Assembly: GCA_963732385.1 (NCBI GenBank)
Contig: CAVSZB010000003.1
Span: 96,001 to 160,000, forward strand
Length of the DNA: 64,000 bases
Reading direction: 5' to 3'
Source of the DNA: an uncultured bacterium
GTDB taxonomy: Bacteria > Krumholzibacteriota > Krumholzibacteriia > LZORAL124-64-63
Program-made: the position numbers and the translations under genes
Shown: piece by piece, positions 36,315-47,280 of the stretch
Numbering within the stretch: the stretch's first letter is position 1
Layout: each line of letters opens with the position of its first letter
Notes under the pieces: model-generated
Told to the model about the DNA's origin: nothing
What the model saw: only the letters and a program-made list of their open reading frames with translations
The model's database searches: none

Positions 36315-37544
36315 ATGCTGATCCGACCGCACGGCTGCGATGCTCTCAAGCCCCTGCTCCTGACCGGAGACGCCCTGCGCGCGGAGACCGACCACGCGCG
36401 GACCCTGCCGGCCTGGACCATGTCGAGCCGCGAAACCGGCGATCTGGTCATGCTCGGCATCGGCGGGTTCACGCCGCTCGGCGGGTTCATGGGGCGGGCT
36501 GACTGGGAGGGGGTCTGCCGGGCGATGACCCTGGCCGATGGCATCTTCTGGCCCATCCCGGTCACGCTGTCGGTGAGCGAGGAGTTCGCGGCGTCGGTGA
36601 AGGAGGGGCGCGACATCGCGCTGCTGTCGGCCGATACCGGCGAGATCATGGCGACCATGCGGGTGGAGGAGAAGTACGCGATCGACCGCGGTCTCGAGGC
36701 GCGCGAGGTGTTCCGCACCGAGGATCCGGCGCACCCTGGCGTCGGGATGCTGCTGGAGCAGCCGCCAGTGAACCTGGGCGGACCGGTGAAGGTGCTGAGC
36801 GAGAGCTACTACCCGACCGAGTTCGCGGGGGTCTACCAGCGGCCGGCCGAGAGCCGTGCGCTGTTCGCGCAGCGCGGCTGGACGACGATCGCGGCCCTGC
36901 AGCTGCGCAACCCGATGCATCGCAGCCACGAGTATCTGGCGAAGATCGCCGCCGAGGTGTGCGACGGTATCTACATCCACCAGCTCGTTGGCAAGCTGAA
37001 GCCGGGCGACATCCCGGCCGACGTGCGGGTGCGCTGCATCGACACCCTGGTGGAACATTACTTCGTGAAGGAGCGCGTCGTCTGCGGCGGCTATCCGCTC
37101 GACATGCGCTACGCCGGCCCGCGCGAGGGACTGCTGCACGGCCTGTTCCGCCAGAATTTCGGCTGTACGCACATGATCATCGGACGCGACCACGCCGGCG
37201 TGGGGGACTACTATGGCGCCTTCGACGCGCAGAAGATCTGGGACGAAATCCCGCCCGGCGCCCTCGAGATCCGCATGTTGCCGATCGACTGGACCTTCTG
37301 GTGTTTCAAATGCGGCGGCATGGCCTCGATGAAGACCTGCCCGCACGGCAAGGCGGACCGCCTCTTCCTGTCCGGCACCGCGCTGCGCAAGGGGCTGGCC
37401 GAAGGGGCCGGCATCCCGGCGGAGTTCAGCCGCCCCGAGGTGCTGGAGATCCTGCGCGCCTATTACGCGGAACTCGACGAGAAGCCGCAGATCGACCTGC
37501 ACCGGGCGGCGCGGGGCGAAGGGACGGCACCGGGCGGGAAGTAG
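36315..37544 (+). CDS. sat: Sulfate adenylyltransferase (ATP sulfurylase)
   Basis: [27 protein letters not shown], CxxC...CPH zinc site. Confidence 0.96.
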   Translation: MLIRPHGCDALKPLLLTGDALRAETDHARTLPAWTMSSRETGDLVMLGIGGFTPLGGFMGRADWEGVCRAMTLADGIFWPIPVTLSVSEEFAASVKEGRDIALLSADTGEIMATMRVEEKYAIDRGLEAREVFRTEDPAHPGVGMLLEQPPVNLGGPVKVLSESYYPTEFAGVYQRPAESRALFAQRGWTTIAALQLRNPMHRSHEYLAKIAAEVCDGIYIHQLVGKLKPGDIPADVRVRCIDTLVEHYFVKERVVCGGYPLDMRYAGPREGLLHGLFRQNFGCTHMIIGRDHAGVGDYYGAFDAQKIWDEIPPGALEIRMLPIDWTFWCFKCGGMASMKTCPHGKADRLFLSGTALRKGLAEGAGIPAEFSRPEVLEILRAYYAELDEKPQIDLHRAARGEGTAPGGK

Positions 37545-37670
37545 CGGCGGCGCTCCGCGCAGGAGAACCTGCAATCTTGCATCCATATGGCAAAATTGCA
37601 CGCTCGCCGGGAGACGGAGCCCAGGTCCGAGGCGGGGAATCCGCGTCGGGCGACCGCAGAGGGGGCGGAC

Positions 37671-39434
37671 GTGGCCACGAATGATGCCCGGCGATTCGCG
37701 TTCCCGCCCGCCCTCGCCGCTTTCCTTGCCGCCCTGCTCGGCCACCTGCCGGCGCTGCGCACGTTCTGGAGCCAGGACGACTGGGGGCTGCTGGCGCGCG
37801 CGAACGGGCTGACCCCCGAGCGGGCTTTGCCGGCGCGTCTCCTCAGCCAGGTCGTCTACTGGCGCGCGTTGCACCCCCTCTTCGGGCTCGACCCCCTGCC
37901 TTGGGCGCTCACCCGCCTGCTGCTGCACGGAGGCAGCGCGGCGCTGCTGGCGCGGATCGCGGCGCGGTGCGGGCTGGCGCCGGCCGGCGCGCTGGCGGCG
38001 GGACTCCTGTTCGCGGCGGCGCCGGTGGCGCTGGCGCCGGTCTGGTCGGCGAACGCGGTGCAGGATCTGCTCGCGCTGTTTCTCGCGCTTGCGGCCACCG
38101 ACCGCTGGCTCGCCGCGCTCGGCTGGACGCCGGGCGGCGAACGCGAGCCGGCGCCGGCGCGGGCGGTGCGCGATCTCCTCCTGGCCGGCCTGTTCGGCGC
38201 GCTCGCCATGCTCGCCAAGGAGAGCGCGTTCGGACTGCCGGTGCTCTGGGGCGCCCTGCTCGTGGCGCGGCGGGAGCGGGGCGGGGGGCGAGTCGCGGCG
38301 ACGAGGTGGGCGGTCATCGCCGCGCTTCTCGTGGTCGCGGCGGGCGAGGCGGCGCTCGTGCTGCGCCACTTCGACCGCTCCGCCGGCGCGGCCTACGCGC
38401 TCGGCGCGCCGCTCGACGCGCTGTTCAACCTGCTCATCTACGGGGTCTGGACGGTCTGGCCCTGGCCGATCTACCCGACCAGATTCCCGGTCACTTTCTA
38501 CGCCGCCGCGCTCGCGGTGTGGCTGGCGTGGACGGCGTGCGCAGCGTGGCGCTGGCGCCGCGGCGACCGGCTCTGCGCCGCGGGCGGCCTGGCCGCGCTG
38601 CTGGCGCTCGCGCCGTTGCTGCCGCTCGCGCATCACACCATTCCCTACCTCGTCTACCCGGCGACAGCCGGCTTCGCTTTGGCGCTCGCGTCGCTCGTGC
38701 CGCGCCGGATCACGCTGCGACCGGTCGTGACGGCGATCATCGGACTCGCCGCGACAGCCTGGGCGCTCGCGCTCTTCTCGGTCTGGCTGCGCGCGCCGGG
38801 GGCGGACGGCTGGCCTCGTGATCCTCTGGTCGCGCACACGGAGATCTCGCGCCGCGCCACGCGGCTGCTCACGGAGATGCCGCGGCCCCCCGCCGACGCC
38901 GGCGACGGGCCGGACCTCATCCTGCTGCAGGTGCCGCCGACGCCGGCGGTGGCCGACCAGGCCGACCGTCTCGACGAACACATGGTCTTGACCAGCCGCC
39001 TGCACACGGCGGTGGGCGGGGAATTCGGTCCGCGGCTGGTGCTGGGGCGCGCGGTGCGGGTGCGCTGGATGAATCGTCTCGACACGGCGCCGCCGGGCGC
39101 GTTCGTGATGGTGGAGGCCGGCCCGCGCCTGATCCCGTGGGGCCCGACCGGCCAGGCGCGGCTCCACCTGGCGCTGACTCTGGCCGCGCGCGGATGTTTC
39201 TTCCAGGCGGCGCGCACGCTCCTGTTCGCCGCGCGGCAGGGCGGCGCGCGGCTCGCGTTCATGTACGATCCCGATCAGCTGCTCGAACCCCCGTCCGTGC
39301 TTGGGGCGAGGGCCGAGGCGTTCGACCTGTACCTGGCGGGGCCGGCGGGCCACGGAGCCGGTCTCTCCGCCGAGGCGCGTCCCGCGCTGCGCGCGATATG
39401 GGCGGAGTTGATGGCGGTGGTGCGGGAGCCGTAG
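37671..39434 (+). CDS. Polytopic membrane protein, GT-C glycosyltransferase-like
   Basis: TM1 followed by FWSQDDW acidic motif, about 11 TMs, LAKES; start approximate. Confidence 0.6.
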   Translation: MATNDARRFAFPPALAAFLAALLGHLPALRTFWSQDDWGLLARANGLTPERALPARLLSQVVYWRALHPLFGLDPLPWALTRLLLHGGSAALLARIAARCGLAPAGALAAGLLFAAAPVALAPVWSANAVQDLLALFLALAATDRWLAALGWTPGGEREPAPARAVRDLLLAGLFGALAMLAKESAFGLPVLWGALLVARRERGGGRVAATRWAVIAALLVVAAGEAALVLRHFDRSAGAAYALGAPLDALFNLLIYGVWTVWPWPIYPTRFPVTFYAAALAVWLAWTACAAWRWRRGDRLCAAGGLAALLALAPLLPLAHHTIPYLVYPATAGFALALASLVPRRITLRPVVTAIIGLAATAWALALFSVWLRAPGADGWPRDPLVAHTEISRRATRLLTEMPRPPADAGDGPDLILLQVPPTPAVADQADRLDEHMVLTSRLHTAVGGEFGPRLVLGRAVRVRWMNRLDTAPPGAFVMVEAGPRLIPWGPTGQARLHLALTLAARGCFFQAARTLLFAARQGGARLAFMYDPDQLLEPPSVLGARAEAFDLYLAGPAGHGAGLSAEARPALRAIWAELMAVVREP

Positions 39435-39539
39435 ACGGCCGCCGCCTCGCGGTCGGGAAACCTCACGGTGCGCCGGGCGGCCTCTCGCTGCAGACCCCGT
39501 CGGCCGGAAGCCTCCGGACGCCGCCCGGGCGAGCCCGGC

Positions 39540-42500
39540 TCAGGACGTCGGTTTTGGCGCCGCCACCCCGGACCGCTCACGCCTCCCCGCGAAGGTCAGC
39601 CGGTCGAACAATACATATACGACCGGGATCAAATACAGGGTGAAGACCGTAGACGCCAGCACGCCGCCAATCTGCACCACGGCCATCGGCGTGCGGAACT
39701 CGGCGCCGGCGCCGCTCATCGCCTGGGGCACCATGCCGATGGCGATGGCCAGGTTGGCCATGAGGATCGGCCGAAGTTTGATGGGACAGGCGGCCAGCAA
39801 CGCATCGGTGATGCCGAGACCCTGAGCGCGCAGTTGCGCCGTGTGGTCGAGCATCAGGATCGCGTTGTTGACCACGATGCCTACCATCATCACCAGCGCC
39901 AGCAGCGACATGATGTTGATCGTCTGTCCGGTGAAAAAGAGCGCCAGCGCCATGCCGATCAGGCCCAGAGGCAGGGTCGCCATCACCGTGACCGGATGGA
40001 TGAAACTCTCGATCACGGCAGCCATGACAATGTAGAGGAGGATCACCGCCATGATCAGGGCGGCGAAGATCGAGGCGAAGGACTCGTCCTGCATCTCCGC
40101 CGTCCCGGCGTAACGCACCACCACATCGGCCGGGAGCCCCAGCTTCGCGAGACGCTGGTCGATCAACACGCGCTTCTGCGAGAGCGTGCCCTCGGCGATA
40201 TTCGCGGTGACATTCACTTTTCGCTGCTTGTCCGCGTGCAGGATGGTGGCGTCGCCCACGATCTCCCTCAGTTCGGCCACGTCCGCGAGTGGCACCGTGG
40301 TGCCGGAGGGAGTGGTTATGGGGAGGTCGTCCAGGTAGGCGGGATCGGTGCGGCTGGCCGGGTCATAGGCCACCACGACGTCGTACTCCTCGCCGTCCTG
40401 CCGGAAAACGCCCGCCTCCTGGCCCTCGTAGGCGGCGCGCAGGATGCCGCCCACGGTCGCTGCCGTGAGGCCCTGCTGCGCGAGTTGCAGCCGCCGCGGC
40501 ACGACGTTCAGCTCCGGCTTGCCCGGCTGATCGCTGGTCTGCACTTCGACGAGCCCGGGGATCTCTTGAAGGGCGGCGTAAACCTGCCTGGCGGCCGTCT
40601 TGAGCTGGATCGGATCGGTGGCGAGCACCTCGATCTCGAGGTCCGCTTCGCCCCTGCTGCCCTCGCCCACGGGCAGCACCGAGATGCGGGCGTCAGGGAT
40701 GCCGGCCAGGTCCGGACGCAATCCGTTCATGAACGGAACCAGGCCGAGGTCGCGTTCAGCCACCGGCAGCAGCCGGATCAGCACCACGGCGTCCTCGACG
40801 CCACGGTCCTCGCCGCCGACCTTCACCTGCACCCCTGCCACCTCGGCGCGCGCGCGTGCCAGGACAGCCACCCGCTGCGCAAGCTCGCCCGTGCGTTCGA
40901 GACTGGTGCCCTCGGGCAACTCGATGACCACCTGGCACAACCCCTGATCGGTGTTCGGGATGAACTCGCCGCCCACGAAGCGGAAAAGCGCCACGCTGAA
41001 CACCAGCACTGCCAGGGTGACCGCCAGGGGCACTGCCTTGCGGCGCAGGCTCCAGGCGAGGGTGGTGCGGTAACCGACCTCGAGGCGAGAGTAGGCGGTG
41101 TCCCAGGCGCGCGCGAGCCGGGCGCCGGAACCGCTGCCGTGGCCCACGCCGCGGCCGGGCTTCACCAGGCGCGCGGCCAGCATGGGCACCAGCGTTAAGC
41201 TGATGATCAGCGAGAAGATGGTCGCGAAGACGACGGTCAGACCGAACTGCAGGAACACGCGGCCTATGATGCCGCTCATGAAGGCCACCGGCGTGAACAC
41301 GACGATGTTGGTCAGCGTGGAGGCCAGCACGGCGATGGTCACCTCGGCGGTGCCCCGCTCCGCGGCGTCGAAGGGGTCGGCTCCCTCCTGCACCAACCGG
41401 CTGATGTTCTCGAGGACGACGATCGAGTTGGTCACCAGCGTGCCCACCGAGATGCCCAGCGCCATGAGCGACATCACGTTGAGTGAGAAGCCCGAGGCCT
41501 GCATCAGCATGAAGGTGGCAACCACGGAGATGGGCATCGCCAGCGCGGCGATGAGAGTCTGCCGCCAATCGTGCAGGAAGATGAACAGCAGCAGGCCCGC
41601 GAGCAGGATGCCCAAGCCCAGGTTGCTCAGTACGCTCTTCACCGAATCGCGCACGAATTGCGAGTTCTCCGAGACCTGCTCGATGCGGTAGTCGGACGGG
41701 AGTTCGGCCCGTATCTTCGCGAGGGCGGCGCGCACGCCGTCGACGACCTTCACCGTATTGCCATCCGTGCGCTTCTGCACGCCGATGCCGATCGCCGGCA
41801 CGCCCTCCCAGGTCGTCAACTCGCGCAGCTCCGCCGTGGCATCGCGGACGGTGGCCACCTCGGACAGCGGGATGGTCTGGCCGCCGGCCAGCGGCAGGCG
41901 AAACTCGGCCAGTTCGGCCGGATCGCGCACCTCGCCGCGCAGGCGCACGTTCACCTCGTCGGCGCCGCGAGTGATGTGGCCGGCCGGCACGTTAAGATTC
42001 GCCGCGGCCAGCAGCCTGACGACATCCAGCAGCGTGAGCCCGTACGCGCGCAGACGCTCGGGATCGACGTCCACGCGCACTTCGCGTTCGCGCGCGCCCG
42101 TCACCACCACCTCCGCCACGCCATCCACGCGACTCAGGCGCTCCTTGATGATCTGGTCGACGGTGCGGTAGACCTCGTCGAGCGGCCGGTCGGCGGAAAC
42201 CGCGAGATTGATGACCGGTTCGCCGCCGATCTCGTACTTGGCGATGATCGGGTCGTCCGCGTCCTCGGGCAGTTCGGAGCGGATCTGGTCGATCTTGTCC
42301 TTCACATCGATGGCGTCCTGGTCCTGGCTCGTTTCGAGCGCGAACTGGACCACCACCTGCGACACGCTCTCACGTGACGTGGACTCGAGTTTCTCGATGT
42401 TCGCGAGGGTCGCCACCTGGTCCTCGATGCGCTTGGTGACTTGCGTCTCGATTTCACCCGGCGCCGCCCCCGGATAGACCGTGGTGACGACGATCACGGG

Positions 42501-42635
42501 GAAGTCGATCCGCGGCATCAGTTCAAGGTTGAGCGACCGGTAGCCCGTGATGCCCAGGTAGAGCATGGCGATCACGAGCATGGTTGTCATAACGGGCCGG
42601 CGTACGAAGGCGCGCAGGAGATACATGTCAGTCAC
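39540..42635 (-). CDS. RND efflux permease (AcrB/HAE1-like)
   Basis: RRPV, YPGAAP.EIE, NVMSL, LTLVPML, LRPILM; 1031 aa. Confidence 0.95.
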   Translation of the reverse strand: MTDMYLLRAFVRRPVMTTMLVIAMLYLGITGYRSLNLELMPRIDFPVIVVTTVYPGAAPGEIETQVTKRIEDQVATLANIEKLESTSRESVSQVVVQFALETSQDQDAIDVKDKIDQIRSELPEDADDPIIAKYEIGGEPVINLAVSADRPLDEVYRTVDQIIKERLSRVDGVAEVVVTGAREREVRVDVDPERLRAYGLTLLDVVRLLAAANLNVPAGHITRGADEVNVRLRGEVRDPAELAEFRLPLAGGQTIPLSEVATVRDATAELRELTTWEGVPAIGIGVQKRTDGNTVKVVDGVRAALAKIRAELPSDYRIEQVSENSQFVRDSVKSVLSNLGLGILLAGLLLFIFLHDWRQTLIAALAMPISVVATFMLMQASGFSLNVMSLMALGISVGTLVTNSIVVLENISRLVQEGADPFDAAERGTAEVTIAVLASTLTNIVVFTPVAFMSGIIGRVFLQFGLTVVFATIFSLIISLTLVPMLAARLVKPGRGVGHGSGSGARLARAWDTAYSRLEVGYRTTLAWSLRRKAVPLAVTLAVLVFSVALFRFVGGEFIPNTDQGLCQVVIELPEGTSLERTGELAQRVAVLARARAEVAGVQVKVGGEDRGVEDAVVLIRLLPVAERDLGLVPFMNGLRPDLAGIPDARISVLPVGEGSRGEADLEIEVLATDPIQLKTAARQVYAALQEIPGLVEVQTSDQPGKPELNVVPRRLQLAQQGLTAATVGGILRAAYEGQEAGVFRQDGEEYDVVVAYDPASRTDPAYLDDLPITTPSGTTVPLADVAELREIVGDATILHADKQRKVNVTANIAEGTLSQKRVLIDQRLAKLGLPADVVVRYAGTAEMQDESFASIFAALIMAVILLYIVMAAVIESFIHPVTVMATLPLGLIGMALALFFTGQTINIMSLLALVMMVGIVVNNAILMLDHTAQLRAQGLGITDALLAACPIKLRPILMANLAIAIGMVPQAMSGAGAEFRTPMAVVQIGGVLASTVFTLYLIPVVYVLFDRLTFAGRRERSGVAAPKPTS

Positions 42636-43677
42636 CCACCGTCTTGACCCGGTCGCCGTCGGCGAGACGAGCCTGGCCGAAGCGCACGACCTGCTCGCCC
42701 GCCGCGAGTCCCGCCGTGATCTCCACGACGTCGGTCGAGGTCGCGCCCACCGTCACCGGCCGTTTGTGAGCCACGCCGTCCTGGCCTACGACGAACACCG
42801 CCGGGCCGTCCACCAGCGCCTTCGTGGACACGCGCACCACGTTCTCGCGCACATCGGTGCGGATGCGGATGGAGACCAGGAGGCCGGGCACCAGGCGCCC
42901 GTCCGGATTGGGGAACAGGGCCTCGCCGGCGCGCAGGTGCGTCTTGGAGTCGGCGCGCAGGTCGAGCCTGGCGACGGCGCCCTCGCGGACGGTGCCGTCA
43001 GGGTCGTCCCAGACGGCCCGTTGCCCGATCGCGATCGCGAGCGCCTGCCGGCTGCCTGCGGTGAAGCACACCTTCACGTCATCCGTGCGAGCGATCCAGA
43101 CCAGGGGCTTGCCGGCCTCGGCGGTGTCGCCGACGTTCACGACGATGCTCGCAATCACCCCGTCCGCGGACGCAACCAGCGAGGTGCTTCCCTCGACGTC
43201 CTGCAGGTCGGCGGCGGCCAGCCGCAGGCGGGTTTCGGCCTGGTCGAGCGCCTGGTCGCTGATCGCCCCCTCGGCGTTCAACCGGCGCAGGCGTTTCACG
43301 TCCTTGAGCGCGTTGTCGTAGGAGGCCTGGGCTCGCGCGTAGCTATGGACCATCGGCGTTGGGGCTTCGTGCGCCAGGCGCACGATCACATCGCCGGCCC
43401 GCACGACGTCGCCCTCGTGAACCGGGACGGCGGAGATGCGCAGGGCGTTGGTCGACGTCACGGCGAACTGCACGACGCCCTCGACCGTGCCGGCCAGCGA
43501 GATCCAGTTCTCGATGTCGCCGCGATCGGCCCTCACGATCTCCACCGGCTTGCCCTCGGCGGCCTGCACCGACTCGACGCTCGCCGACACCTCGGTCCGG
43601 CCGAGGATCCGGAAGCGGGCAACGAATGCCAGCACCACCACGACCAGCGTGACGATGACGATGATGCGAGACTTCAT
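42628..43677 (-). CDS. RND periplasmic adaptor (membrane fusion protein)
   Basis: N-terminal TM, VHEGDVVRAGD, helical hairpin, GLAAGEQVV. Confidence 0.93.
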   Translation of the reverse strand: MKSRIIVIVTLVVVVLAFVARFRILGRTEVSASVESVQAAEGKPVEIVRADRGDIENWISLAGTVEGVVQFAVTSTNALRISAVPVHEGDVVRAGDVIVRLAHEAPTPMVHSYARAQASYDNALKDVKRLRRLNAEGAISDQALDQAETRLRLAAADLQDVEGSTSLVASADGVIASIVVNVGDTAEAGKPLVWIARTDDVKVCFTAGSRQALAIAIGQRAVWDDPDGTVREGAVARLDLRADSKTHLRAGEALFPNPDGRLVPGLLVSIRIRTDVRENVVRVSTKALVDGPAVFVVGQDGVAHKRPVTVGATSTDVVEITAGLAAGEQVVRFGQARLADGDRVKTVGD

Positions 43678-44993
43678 GGTTTCGTTCCTCCGTTGCCGAC
43701 CGCGAGTTCGAGTACGGCGCGCGCGAGATTCGAAGCGTGAAGGGCGCCGGCGAGCTGCGCCCGCGCCGTGGACAGGGCCAGTTCGGCGTCGAGCCGCTCG
43801 ATCGGTGTGCCGACGCCGTTCTCCAGCCGCACCACCGCGAGGCGATAGGTCTCCTGCGCGAGGCGGACGGTTTCCTGCGTCCCGGCCAGGGCGAGCAGCG
43901 CGTTTTCGAGCGACAGGACCGCCTGCCGCACCGCCAGCTCGCGGTCGCGCAGCACCCGATCGCGTTCGAGTTGCGCGGTCCGCAACTCCGCTCGCGCGTT
44001 GCTGATGCCGGCCTTTGCGCGCAACCCGTCGAAGATGGGCATCTGAACGGCGAGGGCGACCTGGCTGCTGGTTGCAGGCTCATCGTTCCCAGGAAGCAGG
44101 GTGTCGTCCCACTGCCCTTGCACGGCGTAGTGTCCGGACAGCTGGACCACCGGGCCGCGGGCGGCTTCTTCCAGGCGGACCTGCTGCTCGCGGGCCGCCA
44201 CGGTCGCGGTGAGCGCCTTCAGCTCCGGGCTCGCCTCGCGCATCCGCGCCAAAAGGATGTCGGCCGGCTCGGGCGGTAGCGCGGGCGCGAGGGTGTCGGC
44301 CGGCGTCACGGAGGTCCCGCAGACGCGGTCCAGTTCGAGCCGGGCAAGATCGACCCGGTTGCGCGCCTGCACGACGCGCGGACGATGATTCGACAACTCG
44401 ACCTCGGCGCGCAGGCCATCGAAACGGCTGGTGGTGCCCTGCTCCAGGCCGAGGCGCGCCACCCGCGCCGCTTCCTCGGTCTCGGCGAGCGCCAGGTCCG
44501 CGTTGGCCAGATCGGCCTGCGCGAGCAGGGCCTTGAAGTAGGCGGCCGCGGTGGAGTAGCGCACGTAATCGCGCACCGCGCTTTCGCGGTAACGCGCGGC
44601 GTCGACGAAACCCCGCGCCGCCCCCACGGACGACGAGACCCGGCCGGCGGTCCACACGTTCACCCGGGCCGTGAGCGCGCCGGAAAGCTCGTAGTCCCCG
44701 CCCATTTCGAGCCTGGTCTGTCCACCGAAGCTCTCGGCGAGGTCTGACGGCAGGAACATGACCGGCAGCTTCAGATTCGTGGCGTACTCGGCGGCGAGAT
44801 CGAGGGTCGGCAGGCGGCCCGCCTGCGCCGCCATGACCCGCGCTTCGGCCGCAGCCACGGCGGCCGCGGCCTGCTGCAGCGTCTCGTCGCTTTCCAGTGC
44901 GAGCGACACAGCCTCGTCGAGGCGGACCAGGGTCTGACCCTGGGCCGCGCCGACACTGAACAGAAGGCAGACGATGGGCGCAAAACGTTTCAT
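43674..44993 (-). CDS. TolC family outer-membrane protein
   Basis: Signal peptide, LPTLDL, QMPIFDG, ENGVGT. Confidence 0.93.
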   Translation of the reverse strand: MKRFAPIVCLLFSVGAAQGQTLVRLDEAVSLALESDETLQQAAAAVAAAEARVMAAQAGRLPTLDLAAEYATNLKLPVMFLPSDLAESFGGQTRLEMGGDYELSGALTARVNVWTAGRVSSSVGAARGFVDAARYRESAVRDYVRYSTAAAYFKALLAQADLANADLALAETEEAARVARLGLEQGTTSRFDGLRAEVELSNHRPRVVQARNRVDLARLELDRVCGTSVTPADTLAPALPPEPADILLARMREASPELKALTATVAAREQQVRLEEAARGPVVQLSGHYAVQGQWDDTLLPGNDEPATSSQVALAVQMPIFDGLRAKAGISNARAELRTAQLERDRVLRDRELAVRQAVLSLENALLALAGTQETVRLAQETYRLAVVRLENGVGTPIERLDAELALSTARAQLAGALHASNLARAVLELAVGNGGTKP

Positions 44994-45595
44994 CGCGGCA
45001 CCTCGTTCTTGCGCGCGTGAGGCAGGACCATCAATTCCATGATGCGATCCGGGATCGCGGCGTAGGGATCGTCGGTCTCGGCGCTGGCGAGGTTCTCCAC
45101 CAGGGCCTCGCCGGCGCCCAGGATCATGGTCGCCAGCAGATAGGTGTCGAGCGGGCGCAGATCACCATTTTCGACCGCCCGGTCCAGATGTTGCCGCAAG
45201 CGGTCACGGACCAGATCGTGGATCGGCCGTTTGACGTTGAGCGCGCGACCGAGATGCTCGGCGATCTCGACCCGGATGATGTCCCGCTTGGTCGAGGCGA
45301 AGGCGAACGCCGACCTGAGGACCTTATGCAGTTCGTCAAGGGGCCGGCCTCCATCGTCGATTACGGCCTCGAAGATGGTTCGGAACTCTGCCATTCCCCG
45401 CTCCTGGAGTCCGCGGAAAAGGTCCTCCTTCGAGGGGAAGAAGGTGTAGAGCTTGCCGACGGAGAACTCGGCCTTCTCCGCGATCTGATGCATGCTCGTG
45501 CCGCGAAAGCCTTGCTGGACAAAGAGTTGTAGGGCTACAGCGAGGATTTCATCCTCATCTTCCTGCCGCCGGCGTTCTCTGCGTGTCTCGGACAT
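44990..45595 (-). CDS. TetR/AcrR family regulator
   Basis: GFRGTSMHQIAEKAEFSVGKLYTFFPSKEDL; GAGGAGG RBS. Confidence 0.93.
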   Translation of the reverse strand: MSETRRERRRQEDEDEILAVALQLFVQQGFRGTSMHQIAEKAEFSVGKLYTFFPSKEDLFRGLQERGMAEFRTIFEAVIDDGGRPLDELHKVLRSAFAFASTKRDIIRVEIAEHLGRALNVKRPIHDLVRDRLRQHLDRAVENGDLRPLDTYLLATMILGAGEALVENLASAETDDPYAAIPDRIMELMVLPHARKNEVPR

Positions 45596-45615
45596 GACGG
45601 GCCTCCTCAGGCCTG

Positions 45616-45651
45616 ATGAATATAAATTCATTGAACGAATATACGTTCAAT
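45616..45651. promoter_or_regulatory. Paired palindromes, probable TetR operator
   Basis: ATGAAT-ATAA-ATTCAT (45616-45631) overlapping ATTGAACG-AATATA-CGTTCAAT (45630-45651). Confidence 0.7.
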
Positions 45652-45761
45652 TAATGAAGCTCGCAAACAGAAACTTTGTGCCACCGGTGAGCAGGGTGGG
45701 TTGTCCGTCGTCAGTCGGGAGGAACGGGGCCCCCGCGGCTCGCGCCGCCGAGGCCACAGAT

Positions 45762-46994
45762 CTAGTCCGCGAAAAACAGATAGCAGACGAGGATCGACGC
45801 CACGACGCCCACCGCGTCGGCGGCGAGGCCGCAGCCGAGAGCGTGGCGGGTCTTCTTGACGCCGATCGAGCCGAAGTAGACGGCCAGCACGTAGAATGTC
45901 GTTTCGGTGCTGCCCTGGATGACGCAGGAGAGGCGGCCGGCGAACGAGTCGGGTCCGGCGGTCTTCATGGTCTCGATCATCAGGCCGCGCGCGCCGCTGC
46001 CGCTGAGCGGCTTGATGAGCGCGGTCGGCAGGCCGTCCACCCAGCGGGTGTCAAGACCGAGCGCGGAGACGCCGGAGCGGATCGCGGCGAGCAGACCCTC
46101 GAGCGCGCCGCTGGCGCGCAGCGCCCCCACCGCCACGAGGATCGCCACCAGGTACGGCACGATGCCGATCGCCACCTGGAAGCCCTCCTTCGCCCCCTCG
46201 ATGAAGGTCTCGTAGAGCGGGATCCGCCGGCGCGCGCCGGCGACGAGGAACGCCACGATCACCGACAGCAGCAGGCCGTTGGCCAGCAGCGCCGACTGCC
46301 TTCCTGCCGCCTCGCCGTCGAGCCGCGCGAAATACGCCACGAGCGCGGCGATCGCCACGGTCATCGCGCCGATGTAGCCGATCACGACGCGGTTCCACAG
46401 GTTCAGCCGCTGCACCGCCGCGGTTACCAGCAGTCCCGTCAACGTGCTGCAATACGTGGCGATCAGGATCGGGATGAAGACGTCGGTGGGGTCGGCCGCG
46501 CCGAGCTGCGCGCGGAAGGTGAAGATGGTCATCGGCAGGATGGTCACCGACGACGCATTGAGGACCATGAACATGATCTGGTCGTTGCTGGCGCGCTCCG
46601 CTTCGGGATTGAGCGTCTGCAGCTCGCGCATCGCCTTGAGTCCGAGCGGCGTGGCCGCGTTGTCGAGCCCGAGCATGTTGGCCGACATGTTCATCACGAT
46701 CGCGCCGCCGGCCGGGTGTCCCTCCGGGATGCCGGGCAGCAGACGTCGGAACAGCGGACGGAACGCCCGCGCGATCGCCTCGACCACGCCGCCCTTCTCG
46801 CCGATCCGCATCAGCCCGAGCCACAGGCTCATCACGCCGGTCAGCCCGAGCGCGATTTCGAAGCCGGTCTGCGCGGAATCGAACAGCGCGCCCACGACGT
46901 CCCGGAAGGCGTCGGGCCGTCCCAGGAACACGGCCTGCACCAGCGCCGCGCCGACAGCGATCAGGAAGAAGGCGCCCCAGATCCAGTTCAGCAT
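45762..46994 (-). CDS. SpmA/SpmB fusion (nucleoside-recognition Gate domain) membrane protein
   Basis: ANMLGLDNAATPLGLKAM, KPLSGSGA, GSTETTFYVLAVYFG. Confidence 0.9.
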   Translation of the reverse strand: MLNWIWGAFFLIAVGAALVQAVFLGRPDAFRDVVGALFDSAQTGFEIALGLTGVMSLWLGLMRIGEKGGVVEAIARAFRPLFRRLLPGIPEGHPAGGAIVMNMSANMLGLDNAATPLGLKAMRELQTLNPEAERASNDQIMFMVLNASSVTILPMTIFTFRAQLGAADPTDVFIPILIATYCSTLTGLLVTAAVQRLNLWNRVVIGYIGAMTVAIAALVAYFARLDGEAAGRQSALLANGLLLSVIVAFLVAGARRRIPLYETFIEGAKEGFQVAIGIVPYLVAILVAVGALRASGALEGLLAAIRSGVSALGLDTRWVDGLPTALIKPLSGSGARGLMIETMKTAGPDSFAGRLSCVIQGSTETTFYVLAVYFGSIGVKKTRHALGCGLAADAVGVVASILVCYLFFAD

Positions 46995-47280
46995 CGGGGG
47001 AGAATAGCGGCTAAAGGCCGCGGCGGGAAGCCCAAGGCGGCAGACAATCTTGCCGACCGGTTCCTGAACTGACTCGCCTGAGTCACTTGATGTATTGTGT
47101 GCAGCTGGCTGCACACGAAACATCACGCCGGCGGAAGGGCGGCGGCTCGTGACCGCCGATGGGCGGACAACGGTAAACCGGCCATCAGGCGGCCGCTGGC
47201 TTGCGTGCGCGCAGCCGCTGTGGGACCATGATCATCTGGCCCGGAAGGGTCCGGCCTCAACCGAAGACAGGATACTACGC

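Noticed and set aside
36249..39353. 1034-aa minus-strand ORF, and similar long shadow ORFs (e.g. 53528-56473, 28093-30228, 23488-25587)
   Set aside because: Antisense or off-frame to well-supported genes, Arg/Pro/Ala-rich, no motifs; expected in high-GC DNA
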